A stretch of DNA of 64,000 nt, from assembly GCA_963664815.2 (NCBI GenBank), contig CAXXHB010000002.1, forward strand, positions 352,001 through 416,000, read 5' to 3'. The notes below the pieces were generated by a model. It was not told the DNA's origin. It searched no databases and saw only the letters and a program-made list of their open reading frames with translations. Shown here one piece after another: positions 42,099-50,852 of this stretch (the stretch's first letter is position 1; each line of letters starts with the position of its first letter). Source of the DNA: Spirochaetota bacterium (GTDB lineage Bacteria > Spirochaetota > UBA4802 > UBA5550). The position numbers and the translations under genes are program-made.

Positions 42099-43553
42099 CT
42101 TAAGGTTTTGAGATCTGTCTGATTCAATATGATATGTTTTAAGTATCCTTCCACTGAATTGTTCGACCTTATCTTTTCGGAGAATAATCTTTTTTCCTGT
42201 ATCATCTTCAATGATATGATAAAGGCCGGTATTTTTTTCGAAAGAATCTATAAGATCACTCATTCCTGAAATTTTTTTACCATTTACTTTTTCTATAATT
42301 ATGTTATCTATATCATGGTATCCGAGATTTATTTCGTCAGCAAGAACCTTTGTAAGAATAATAAGCTGTTTTCGTTCTTCAGTCTGTACGCCATCCTGAT
42401 AAAAATTCAGAAGTTTTGTGGGAGCACTGAAAAACCACTGGCTACCCCATTCGAGCAGATAGTTTTTCGTCAATGGTGCGAAAATAAGACCTCCAATTAT
42501 GTAATAGGTAGGGGCTGTTTCAAACTGTTCAAGCGGTACAAGTCTTGTCGAATTCATGGGAACTGAGAGCTGAATTATTAAATCTTTAATTTCCCCGTTC
42601 CTTAGTATTTTAATTGAAAGAGAGTCATTAATATATTTTTTTTGTATAATATAATTAAAAGAAGTTCTCTCACCGGTTCTGAATTCTATTGATCCATCAT
42701 TTTCTATATTACAGTCATCTATGGCCAGAATGACATCATTCACATTCAGAATGTTTTTTGCTGGTGAGTCCGGGATCACTTTTACTACAAGTATTCCGTT
42801 CTGGTTTTGTTTCATCTGAAATTTTTCTCTTAAGTCTGGATTTTCCATTTTCTGGTAAGTTATTCCAAGCTCGGGGAATCCATTACATTTTCCGTCTGAA
42901 ATATCTTTAAGAAAATGACTAATTATTGGAGCCGGAACCATATAGCCAATATTTTCACCTCTTGCAGCTGACTGGAAAGCAACACCAATAATCATATTGT
43001 TGAATATCACAGGACCACCACTGTTTCCGGGATTAATTGCTGCGTCAATCTGGCATGTTAAAAGGTTGGCGCTGCTATGAGCGTAATTGCGCTGTTCAAT
43101 TCTTGACACAACTCCTTCGGTTATGCTCATTTCGTCTCCTCCGGTGGGGAAACCGTAAACAGCAACCTTATCCCTTACTTCAGGAAGCTTGCCGATTTTT
43201 ATTGGTGGCGCATCTTTAAAAAAAGCAGGGTTATCCACATTCAAGATGGCAAGATCGCAGTCATGTGAAATTGATGCTACGTGAGCTGTGTATTTAGTAG
43301 CTTCTCCGGCTTTTTTCACCTGTATGAATGTGTTATTGCTTATCACATGGGCATTGGTAAGTATCCTGTTTCCGTCAATTATGCATCCGGAACCAGTTCC
43401 GTTTGACTGACCACCCATCTGCCACGGATTGTCGTAGTTATAGTTGCTGGTAACCGTATATATTTTTACTACAGATTTGGCTATTGGCGTTTGGGCTGAA
43501 AGTAATGAAACATTAATAATTAGTAAAAGAAAAGAAATGAACAGTTTCTTCAC
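42081..43553 (-). CDS. Deg/HtrA serine protease with plant Deg2/Deg9-like two-PDZ architecture
   Basis: Signal peptide, TNAHV, CDLA and AAINPGNSGGP; C-terminal YYIIGGLIFAPL...VLADEINLGY second PDZ-like domain. GTG start. Confidence 0.9.
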   Translation of the reverse strand: MKKLFISFLLLIINVSLLSAQTPIAKSVVKIYTVTSNYNYDNPWQMGGQSNGTGSGCIIDGNRILTNAHVISNNTFIQVKKAGEATKYTAHVASISHDCDLAILNVDNPAFFKDAPPIKIGKLPEVRDKVAVYGFPTGGDEMSITEGVVSRIEQRNYAHSSANLLTCQIDAAINPGNSGGPVIFNNMIIGVAFQSAARGENIGYMVPAPIISHFLKDISDGKCNGFPELGITYQKMENPDLREKFQMKQNQNGILVVKVIPDSPAKNILNVNDVILAIDDCNIENDGSIEFRTGERTSFNYIIQKKYINDSLSIKILRNGEIKDLIIQLSVPMNSTRLVPLEQFETAPTYYIIGGLIFAPLTKNYLLEWGSQWFFSAPTKLLNFYQDGVQTEERKQLIILTKVLADEINLGYHDIDNIIIEKVNGKKISGMSDLIDSFEKNTGLYHIIEDDTGKKIILRKDKVEQFSGRILKTYHIESDRSQNLKLNSGK

Positions 43554-43907
43554 GGCAAACTCCTATAATAATTTATCAGATTTGTTAGAGTAAATTAACG
43601 GTGAGTATCTGTAAAATGAAATATGTTTATTTTTAATTTTTTTATGGTAAAATGTTATTTTCAGTCGATTATAACCAAAAAGGATTTTTATATTTATTTC
43701 AGTTTAACTGCATTTATTTCTATCCCCGTAAAGTACAAAAATATTTTAATTGAATATTAATGCGATAGAAAACAGTAAAATAAATTTTTTATTCGTATCT
43801 CTGCAGGATTAAAATCTTTTTGTTTTTTTTTGTAATATAGAGAATACATAATATATATTTGGATTCAATAATAATTTCTGAGCTTTTATAATAGAAAGAA
43901 TTCGATA

Positions 43908-43934
43908 CTCTCCGCCGATTTCGACGGCGGAGAG
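43908..43934. terminator. GC-rich hairpin, probable terminator of the arsR-thioesterase unit
   Basis: CTCTCCGCCG-N7-CGGCGGAGAG; no clean U-tract. Confidence 0.55.
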
Positions 43935-44042
43935 ATAAATTCATTTTACAATAAAGTATATTTTAATGAATTAACACGAATTCTGATTATTGATTTTAAG
44001 CTGGTATAATAAATCTCGTTTTTTAAAATATAAGTGAAAAAA

Positions 44043-44519
44043 TCAACCCAACAAATTAAGCGGAAGTTTAATAGCAGTAACTTCGCCTTTTGCACAGGCT
44101 GAACCTTCAACAGAAAGGACGGTGGAAATTTTAATTTTATTTTCATGGATCTCTTTTAATTTAGAAACAAATCTCAGATGCTGCCCATTTGGAGTTGGTT
44201 TTAAGTAATCAATTCTCAGAGAAGCAGTTACAAATCCATAAGCAGGTTCAGAATCAAGAGAAAGTCCATCCTTTTCGTAAGCCACAGCTAAAGCTGTTGC
44301 AATGCTATGGCAATCAATTATTGAAGCGATCAGACCGCCATAAACAAAGCCTTCAAATGCCTTGTGGTACTTTTCGGGCATAAAAGTACATATACATTCG
44401 TTCCCATCCCAATAACTTCTAATTTGCAGACCATGGTCATTGAGCTTTCCGCATCCGAAACAGTGATTAACTTTATCCGGATAATATTCCTGAATAGCTT
44501 TATTCATAAATGCCTCCAT
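44043..44519 (-). CDS. PaaI/hotdog-fold thioesterase
   Basis: HCFGCG..N.HGL, YGGLIASIIDCH and VTASL.IDYLKPTP. Start may be the ATG at 44507 after GGAGG. Confidence 0.9.
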   Translation of the reverse strand: MEAFMNKAIQEYYPDKVNHCFGCGKLNDHGLQIRSYWDGNECICTFMPEKYHKAFEGFVYGGLIASIIDCHSIATALAVAYEKDGLSLDSEPAYGFVTASLRIDYLKPTPNGQHLRFVSKLKEIHENKIKISTVLSVEGSACAKGEVTAIKLPLNLLG

Positions 44520-44544
44520 ATTTTTATAATTATTAAATTAAATA

Positions 44545-44727
44545 TTAGCCGAGATTATTAAGCATCATTCTTGGTTTATGTAAATTGTCATTACAGTACT
44601 TGCAAATTGGGTAATAACAATTTTCAAAGTTTCCTTTTGAATTGTAAATACAATGGTTTTTTCCACACCTTAAACATCCCAGGCAATCATCACATTTTTC
44701 TATTCCAGAAGAAATCTTCATCCCCAT
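44545..44727 (-). CDS. Cys-rich mini-protein (60 aa, 8 Cys)
   Basis: MGMKISSGIEKCDDCLGCLRCGKNHC...CYYPICKYC; AAGG upstream; co-oriented between arsR and the thioesterase. Confidence 0.6.
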   Translation of the reverse strand: MGMKISSGIEKCDDCLGCLRCGKNHCIYNSKGNFENCYYPICKYCNDNLHKPRMMLNNLG

Positions 44728-44788
44728 ATTTATACCTTTTATAATAAATAACAATATAAGCATAAACTTATGATCTAAGGCAAAAAAA

Positions 44789-45136
44789 TTAGCCTCCGCA
44801 ATTGTAATCACATTTTTCACAATCTAAGTCATGATCACACTTCACAAATGCTTTTATAAAAAAGGCATCGATCTCTTTTTTTATTTCAAAGAAAATTGGT
44901 TTATTAATACTGTAAAACACACGAAAACCTTTGCGACTTTCATTGAGAACGCCTATATTTTTTAAAATTTTTATATGTTGTGATGCTGCTGGTTGTGATA
45001 TACCAAGCTTTTCCGCAACATCGCTGACGCAGAGTGTTTCATGCATATTTGAAGCCAGCATCTTTATAATTTTAATTCTTTTAAGATCCCCCATGGCTTT
45101 TAAAACTTCTGATAATGTCTGAATTCTGTTTATCAT
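44789..45136 (-). CDS. ArsR/SmtB family repressor with Cys-rich C-terminal tail
   Basis: LKAMGD..RIKI, LCVSDVA, ISQPAASQHIKILK; tail CDHDLDCEKCDYNC. Confidence 0.9.
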   Translation of the reverse strand: MINRIQTLSEVLKAMGDLKRIKIIKMLASNMHETLCVSDVAEKLGISQPAASQHIKILKNIGVLNESRKGFRVFYSINKPIFFEIKKEIDAFFIKAFVKCDHDLDCEKCDYNCGG

Positions 45137-45153
45137 ATTTTCCTTTAAATAAG

Positions 45154-45189
45154 AATATAAGCATATTATTATAAACTTATATTCGTCAA
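45154..45189 (-). promoter_or_regulatory. Putative arsR promoter/operator
   Basis: Minus-strand TTGACG-N18-TATGCT overlapping AATATAAGC...ATAAACTTAT, a motif also found at 44753-44771. Confidence 0.5.
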
Positions 45190-45197
45190 CTCCTTTT

Positions 45198-45875
45198 TTA
45201 AATATTTATATTCTTTTTAATCAAGCGGATAAAATCAATTATTATTTCTGCTGTGAGACCCCATACAATACCATCTTTGGTTCTAAAAACATAGACATTT
45301 TCTGTAAATCTGCCCCAGGATTCTATATATCTTTCCGGAAGACCAAGTTCGCGTACAGGTAGATAAACAATTTCTTTGCCGGTCACTGGATCAATTTCTG
45401 AAGAAAACATCCTTATAAGGACTTTATATATTTCTGGTTTGGTTGTCATAAAATATGAAATGGGGATAGTGAAAACTTTTTCAACTTCATTTCGGTTGAT
45501 CTCAAGTGATGATATTTCAGCGTGCATTACACCTACAAAGATGCCGATTACAGCACCCATGGCTGCTACATATGTGTCAAGGCATCCCAGTATTTCTAAT
45601 GTTTCCCGAGATATACCAAGTTCTTCCGATGTTTCCCTTAATGCCGTTTCACGCGGGGAAAGGTCGGTGTTTTTATCGAACATTCCGCCAGGGAAACAAA
45701 CCTCTCCACCCTGGCGTATATTTGCATTCCTTTCCTGCAGAACAAAATGGTATTCACCATTAATTTCAGTGAGAAGTACCATTATTACCGATGTGGGATA
45801 TTGACCCTGTCCGTGAATTCCAGGAGTTTCAGGAAGTATTCTTATAATATCATCTTTTGTTATATTATTCATCAT
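45198..45875 (-). CDS. Nudix CoA pyrophosphatase
   Basis: QGGEVCFPGG....TALRETSEELG Nudix box, EVEKVF and VWGLTA. Confidence 0.9.
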   Translation of the reverse strand: MMNNITKDDIIRILPETPGIHGQGQYPTSVIMVLLTEINGEYHFVLQERNANIRQGGEVCFPGGMFDKNTDLSPRETALRETSEELGISRETLEILGCLDTYVAAMGAVIGIFVGVMHAEISSLEINRNEVEKVFTIPISYFMTTKPEIYKVLIRMFSSEIDPVTGKEIVYLPVRELGLPERYIESWGRFTENVYVFRTKDGIVWGLTAEIIIDFIRLIKKNINI

Positions 45876-46328
45876 AACCTTTCAAGATTTGAATTTATTG
45901 AGATATTGAAAAAAAGAATAATAGCTCCTATTTCTGAGTTAATTTCGATATGAAGAATATCTGAGATGAATACATCTCCGGTGAAAATGTGTCCGAAAAT
46001 AGGTGGAAGTTTAATAAAATTTAAAACCAGCTCAAACATTATAGTTATAATTATATTACCAGCTAATTCCATGTTTATTCTGATTTTTAAATATATTGAA
46101 AAGTAAAAAAATTCTACGATTTTTTGTCAACAAGTAACGCCGGACGGATATTTAAATAGAAGATTATGTTAATACTAAATATCTTTTCGGAACATGTTGT
46201 TTAGTTGAAACAGTTAGAATGTAAATTACAAGTAAATACTGATGATCTAGCCTGTTTAAAATTTTTAATTGAAATTAATTAAATAAATTGTGCATTGTAA
46301 ATTCAATCAGGAATAATGATGGAGAGCG

Positions 46329-47207
46329 ATGACATTAACATATTTATCTGTTATATTCAGTGCAGGGATATGGCTTTACCTTATTTACAGGTATGACAGG
46401 TTTGAGCCGGAACCTGTAAAATGCGTAATACTTGTCGGGGCTTTAGGGGGTTTTGTAAGTGCTACTCCTGCGGCTTTTTTGAATACCGCAGCCGTATCAC
46501 TGTCAGGTGTTGAGCGCTTCATTTACAATTCCGACAGTACAGAAGTTTCAGGAATAAATATTCTTTTCTTTTCACTTTTAGTGGGATTTAACGAAGAATT
46601 CTGGAAGGCCTTTATTGCGGTAATAATTCTGAAAAAACTCAAAGAGTTTAATGAACCGATTGACGGTTTAATATATTCTATGAGTTTAGCTCTTGGCTTT
46701 GCGGCTTTTGAAAATATAAGTTATACAGTTGCAGGTGGTTATGGAGTTCTTCTTCTCCGTTCATTCACTGCGGTTCCGCTGCATGCGGGGCTTGCTTCTA
46801 TATGGGGATCTGGAATTTCCAGAGCAAAATTTTATAGAGAGGAAAAATATTTCCGGACTCTGTTTCCTTATGTTACTTCAGCGGCAATGATTCATACAAT
46901 TTACAATTATATGCAATTTGTTTATTCCAATAGTCTGGTGTCTCTAATAATAGCATTGATTTTTGTATTTTTTATTATTACATATTCAGCGAATAAACTC
47001 AGATACTATCAGAAAGAAAGCCCTTTCAGAAGATCCGGTTTATGTTATCAGTGTGGTACACTGAATAATTATTTTGCAAAATATTGTAAAAACTGTGGTA
47101 GTTATATTGTCACAGATTATTTCTCTTTCTGTGTATCATGTGGAGCGCGAAACAGGAAGGGGGCTTCTTCTTGCAAAAGCTGCGGAGGAATGATAAGAGA
47201 AGTTTAA
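46329..47207 (+). CDS. prsW: PrsW family intramembrane protease with C-terminal double zinc ribbon
   Basis: D..EPEP, NEEFWK, GFAAFEN, VPLH and IH..YN; tail with four CxxC pairs. Confidence 0.88.
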   Translation: MTLTYLSVIFSAGIWLYLIYRYDRFEPEPVKCVILVGALGGFVSATPAAFLNTAAVSLSGVERFIYNSDSTEVSGINILFFSLLVGFNEEFWKAFIAVIILKKLKEFNEPIDGLIYSMSLALGFAAFENISYTVAGGYGVLLLRSFTAVPLHAGLASIWGSGISRAKFYREEKYFRTLFPYVTSAAMIHTIYNYMQFVYSNSLVSLIIALIFVFFIITYSANKLRYYQKESPFRRSGLCYQCGTLNNYFAKYCKNCGSYIVTDYFSFCVSCGARNRKGASSCKSCGGMIREV

Positions 47208-47313
47208 ATAATGGATATATTATGACCATCAAGCTGAAAAAAAATAAATTTAATTGATTTCTAAAGTAAAAGTTAATTTCATACAAATTATAAAAAAAAA
47301 AAGGATCCTGAAA

Positions 47314-48567
47314 ATGAAAATTGTAAAAAAGATTTTAATGTTCTTATTTCTTCTCCTGATGGTTAATAATTCCTATTCTGTAAATGTTAAGAATGTAAAT
47401 CTTAAAATATTCCCGTCAGATTATTCAATTCAAATAGATAGTAATGCTGTTGTTCCCCAGAAGGTAAACCAGTACCTGAAAAAAATAACACTCTCGACTG
47501 GAGAACATGAGTTTTTGCTGAAGTCGGAGGGATATAAGGATAAAAAAATTAATGTAATGGTAGATAAATCTACATCTGAGCTTGAGATCAAACTTGAAAA
47601 AAAAGATTCTATACTGGAACAGATTGCTGTTATTGAAACAGGGAAGCACCCAAAATCAGTGGAGTTTACTCCTGATGGGAAGTACATGGTTAGTGCTCTG
47701 CTTGAAGGAACCGGAGTTGATATTATTTCAGTTGAAACCTTAAAGCATTTTAAGAGGGTCGAGTTTCCTGAAAAATATGCAAAAATGAGGAATTTTGTGG
47801 AAATAGCTTTTCTTCCTGAAAAAAATGAGATGTGGGTTTCACAGATGTCAACAAATTCTGTTCATGTAATAGATATGAAAGATTTTACTTACAAATTGAC
47901 TATTCCCACGAAAGGAATATGGACAAAAATTGTTGCCTTTTCGAATGATCATAAGCTTGCTTTTGTATCTAACTGGGAATCTCATGATGTATCAGTAATT
48001 GATGTTGACCAGTATAAAGTAATTAAAAAAATAAAAGTTGCAGGAATTCCAAGGGGGATGGCTGTTACTGATGATAACAAATTTCTTTATGTCTGTATTT
48101 TCAGCTCAGGACAGATGCAGAAAATCGATTTGAAGACATTAAATATTGTTAAAACAATAAATTTCCCTCATGGCGCAAAAAGACATATCATCCTTGATAA
48201 AAAGAGGAATCTCTTTTATATATCGGATATGTACAGGGGGAGTATTTATGTATTAAATCCTGTTGATGATAAGATAGTCAAAGAGATTCCGGTTGATTCC
48301 AAACTAAATACTGCGGAACTTTCACCTGATGGAAAATATATTTTTGTTTCATCAAGAGGTCCCAACAACAGGGAATCATATCTGCTAAAGGGGCCAATAT
48401 TCGGGAAGGTTTTTGTAATAGATACTGCAACTCTGGAGATTAAGGAATGGATATGGGGGAGAAATCAGCCTACCGGTCTTGATGTTTCTCCAGATGGTAA
48501 GTACATGGTTTTTACAAATTTTCTGAATGATGAACTTGAACTGTATAGAATCAATAATAGTAAATAG
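47314..48567 (+). CDS. Exported PEGA-like + YncE/YVTN beta-propeller protein
   Basis: Signal peptide, PEGA-like P.D..I.ID...G.H...L..EGY, and repeats PKSVEFTPDGK, PRGMA and PTGLDVSPDGK. Confidence 0.85.
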   Translation: MKIVKKILMFLFLLLMVNNSYSVNVKNVNLKIFPSDYSIQIDSNAVVPQKVNQYLKKITLSTGEHEFLLKSEGYKDKKINVMVDKSTSELEIKLEKKDSILEQIAVIETGKHPKSVEFTPDGKYMVSALLEGTGVDIISVETLKHFKRVEFPEKYAKMRNFVEIAFLPEKNEMWVSQMSTNSVHVIDMKDFTYKLTIPTKGIWTKIVAFSNDHKLAFVSNWESHDVSVIDVDQYKVIKKIKVAGIPRGMAVTDDNKFLYVCIFSSGQMQKIDLKTLNIVKTINFPHGAKRHIILDKKRNLFYISDMYRGSIYVLNPVDDKIVKEIPVDSKLNTAELSPDGKYIFVSSRGPNNRESYLLKGPIFGKVFVIDTATLEIKEWIWGRNQPTGLDVSPDGKYMVFTNFLNDELELYRINNSK

Positions 48568-48664
48568 TCTTCTTTTAAACAAAGTTTTACTAATACGGAG
48601 AAGAGATCAGGAGATATGCTACAGGTAATTTCCTTCATTTTTCCGTATTAATAATTTCAATCTG

Positions 48665-49246
48665 TTAAAGATATCGTTTAATATCGGTGACAATCATCCC
48701 GGCCCTTTTTGCAGCCAGTAATCCCATCTCTCCATCTTCAAAGACCTGACAGAATTCGGGTGAGACATTCATAAGTTCTGCGCATTTCAGAAATGTATCT
48801 GGATAGGGTTTGTGGTTTACAACGTCCTCTGCAGTAACTATTACTTCGAAATATTTATCAAAGCCGAGAATTTCAAGAGTTAGTTTTGCTATTGATTTTT
48901 TACCCCCTGTTCCAATAGACATAGGGAGTATATGGTGGAATTTTTTTACGATCTCTGCAACGGGCTCTATCAGTTTAATATCATTAATATTTCTTAAAAA
49001 GTGTTCCTCTTTCCTGTGTGAAAAGATTTCAGGATCGAGATTAAGCCCCATTTCCACATTTATCACTGGAACAATCTTGTGTGTGGGCATACCGGCAGTC
49101 TTAAGGAATTGATTTTCAGTATACTCAAAGCCGTTTTCTGCAGCTGTGAGACTCCATGCCTTGAAATGCAGCGGCATGGAATCGACGAGAGTTCCATCCA
49201 TGTCGAATATAAGACCTTTAGCATTTTTATCAACTTTAAGTTTCAT
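48665..49246 (-). CDS. HAD family phosphatase (YqaB/beta-PGM-like)
   Basis: IFDMDGTLVDS, KPYPD and FED..G..AA..AGM motifs. Confidence 0.92.
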   Translation of the reverse strand: MKLKVDKNAKGLIFDMDGTLVDSMPLHFKAWSLTAAENGFEYTENQFLKTAGMPTHKIVPVINVEMGLNLDPEIFSHRKEEHFLRNINDIKLIEPVAEIVKKFHHILPMSIGTGGKKSIAKLTLEILGFDKYFEVIVTAEDVVNHKPYPDTFLKCAELMNVSPEFCQVFEDGEMGLLAAKRAGMIVTDIKRYL

Positions 49247-49740
49247 GACTTTTCCATAATTAGATTTCTGGCGATTATAAAAAAAGATAGTGATTGTTAC
49301 ACTGTACTCATATAGATATCACTGTCAAATAAATCAGAATTGTGAAAATTAACAAATTCAAAGTAAATATTTTATATAAAATCCTCCGTTAGCAGTATGA
49401 ATATTTCTGGATCAATTAACAAGGAAGAAGGTCTTTTAAATAAATTATTCCTGTTTTCATATGATGAAGTTTTGGTCAATTCATCTTTCTTTATAGAACA
49501 ATGTCCTGAATATTTTTTATTAATTAAATTACTTTAATCAGCGATGATTTTCTTTAACATTAAAAAGTTTTATTATAATACACGAAACTATTCTTTTATG
49601 CATTATCAGAAAAAAGCTTCAATTTTTTATTTCATAAAAAGGCAACTTTAATATTTTTTAATCAAACAGCATATGTTTGGTTTTTTTTCTTTATTAATAT
49701 ATTATTTTAAAAGAAAATAAATAATTCTGAAGAGGTTGAA

Positions 49741-50367
49741 ATGAGAATAAAGTTAAGAACATGTTTAGTTTTTATGTTTTCTTCATTTATGTTTATTAAC
49801 GGCTGTTCTTGCGGGAATGAAGGGGATATCCGTGAAAGTGATGGGAAACTCAGTAATATGAAAGATGGAATTTTAATGGTTACAAAAAAACGGGTTATGA
49901 AGAAACCTAAAACTATGTCTGAACTTAAAAAGTTTGTGGAGTATGATTCGGTATCTGAAACAGGTTATGGATCTGTTTATCTGGAAGAATTTGTCGGTGT
50001 GAACAATACAAACACAATAGGGGGATCCGGCAAGGATATAGCGTTTTATTATGATTTTTCTTTCAACGCGAAAGAATCTGGTATATGGGTTTTTGAGTTC
50101 GGAGTAGACGCGGGTATCGCATCCGGTTGCGTAATAGATGGCAAGGATTTATGGTTTGAAGCGGGTGATATCTGGACACTTGGGGATTACTCAAAAGTTT
50201 TTAAAAAAGACTTTAAATTAAGCAAAGGGTGGCACAGAGTCAAAATTTACGGATTAGAAAATTGCTGTGATGGAGTATGGCGTCTTCGTTATAAAAGTCC
50301 GTCTATGAAAGATTTGAAAATAGTATCAATACAAAATCTTGGAGTAATATGCCCGTTTAAGATTTAA
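49741..50367 (+). CDS. Lipoprotein with PA14-like / CCxG domain
   Basis: Lipobox INGC; G.W.FEFGVDAG and L.KGWH.VKIYGLENCCDG. Confidence 0.6.
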   Translation: MRIKLRTCLVFMFSSFMFINGCSCGNEGDIRESDGKLSNMKDGILMVTKKRVMKKPKTMSELKKFVEYDSVSETGYGSVYLEEFVGVNNTNTIGGSGKDIAFYYDFSFNAKESGIWVFEFGVDAGIASGCVIDGKDLWFEAGDIWTLGDYSKVFKKDFKLSKGWHRVKIYGLENCCDGVWRLRYKSPSMKDLKIVSIQNLGVICPFKI

Positions 50368-50852
50368 TTTGAGCTGATGGCCGGAATTAATTCTGTGACA
50401 AATAATTACCAGTCTGTCACTTTTCTCGATGTCATGATTATTTAAAACAGAGAGATCATGATGAATGAAAATAAATGGGAGTGGTTTACCAAACCCATTT
50501 AAATATTATTAGAAGAAATAAGCCATATCCGGATAAATTGAATAAATAGGAATTTATTTTTTTCAACAAAAAAATAATCACTTGCCCATTTTATAAAATA
50601 ATGATTAGATAACATAGTATCTGAGTTTGGAATATAATAATATTCTGAATTTTTTTGTGAAGAATAAAAACTTGACTCTACATTATACTGCGAAAACAGT
50701 CGTAATTACAAATTCCATATCATATAAAGATAATAATAAATTCTTAAGTTCTCCAGTTTCAAGTGATATGCTGTTATATTCTGAAGTATATAACCTGCCG
50801 GGATTTTTACAGACGGTTATTTAAATAATTGTTAAACTTTAAGGAAATAAAA

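Noticed and set aside
43231-43239. Perfect DnaA box TTATCCACA
   Set aside because: Single copy inside a coding sequence; expected by chance.
45872-46072. 66-aa ORF upstream of the Nudix gene
   Set aside because: No recognisable motif or RBS.
47292-47302. A11 homopolymer before the beta-propeller RBS as a phase-variation tract
   Set aside because: A/T runs of 8-11 nt occur throughout this low-GC window and no frameshifted gene is linked to it.
50627-50824. 65-aa ORF upstream of pcrA
   Set aside because: TTG start without an RBS; it overlaps the likely pcrA promoter region.
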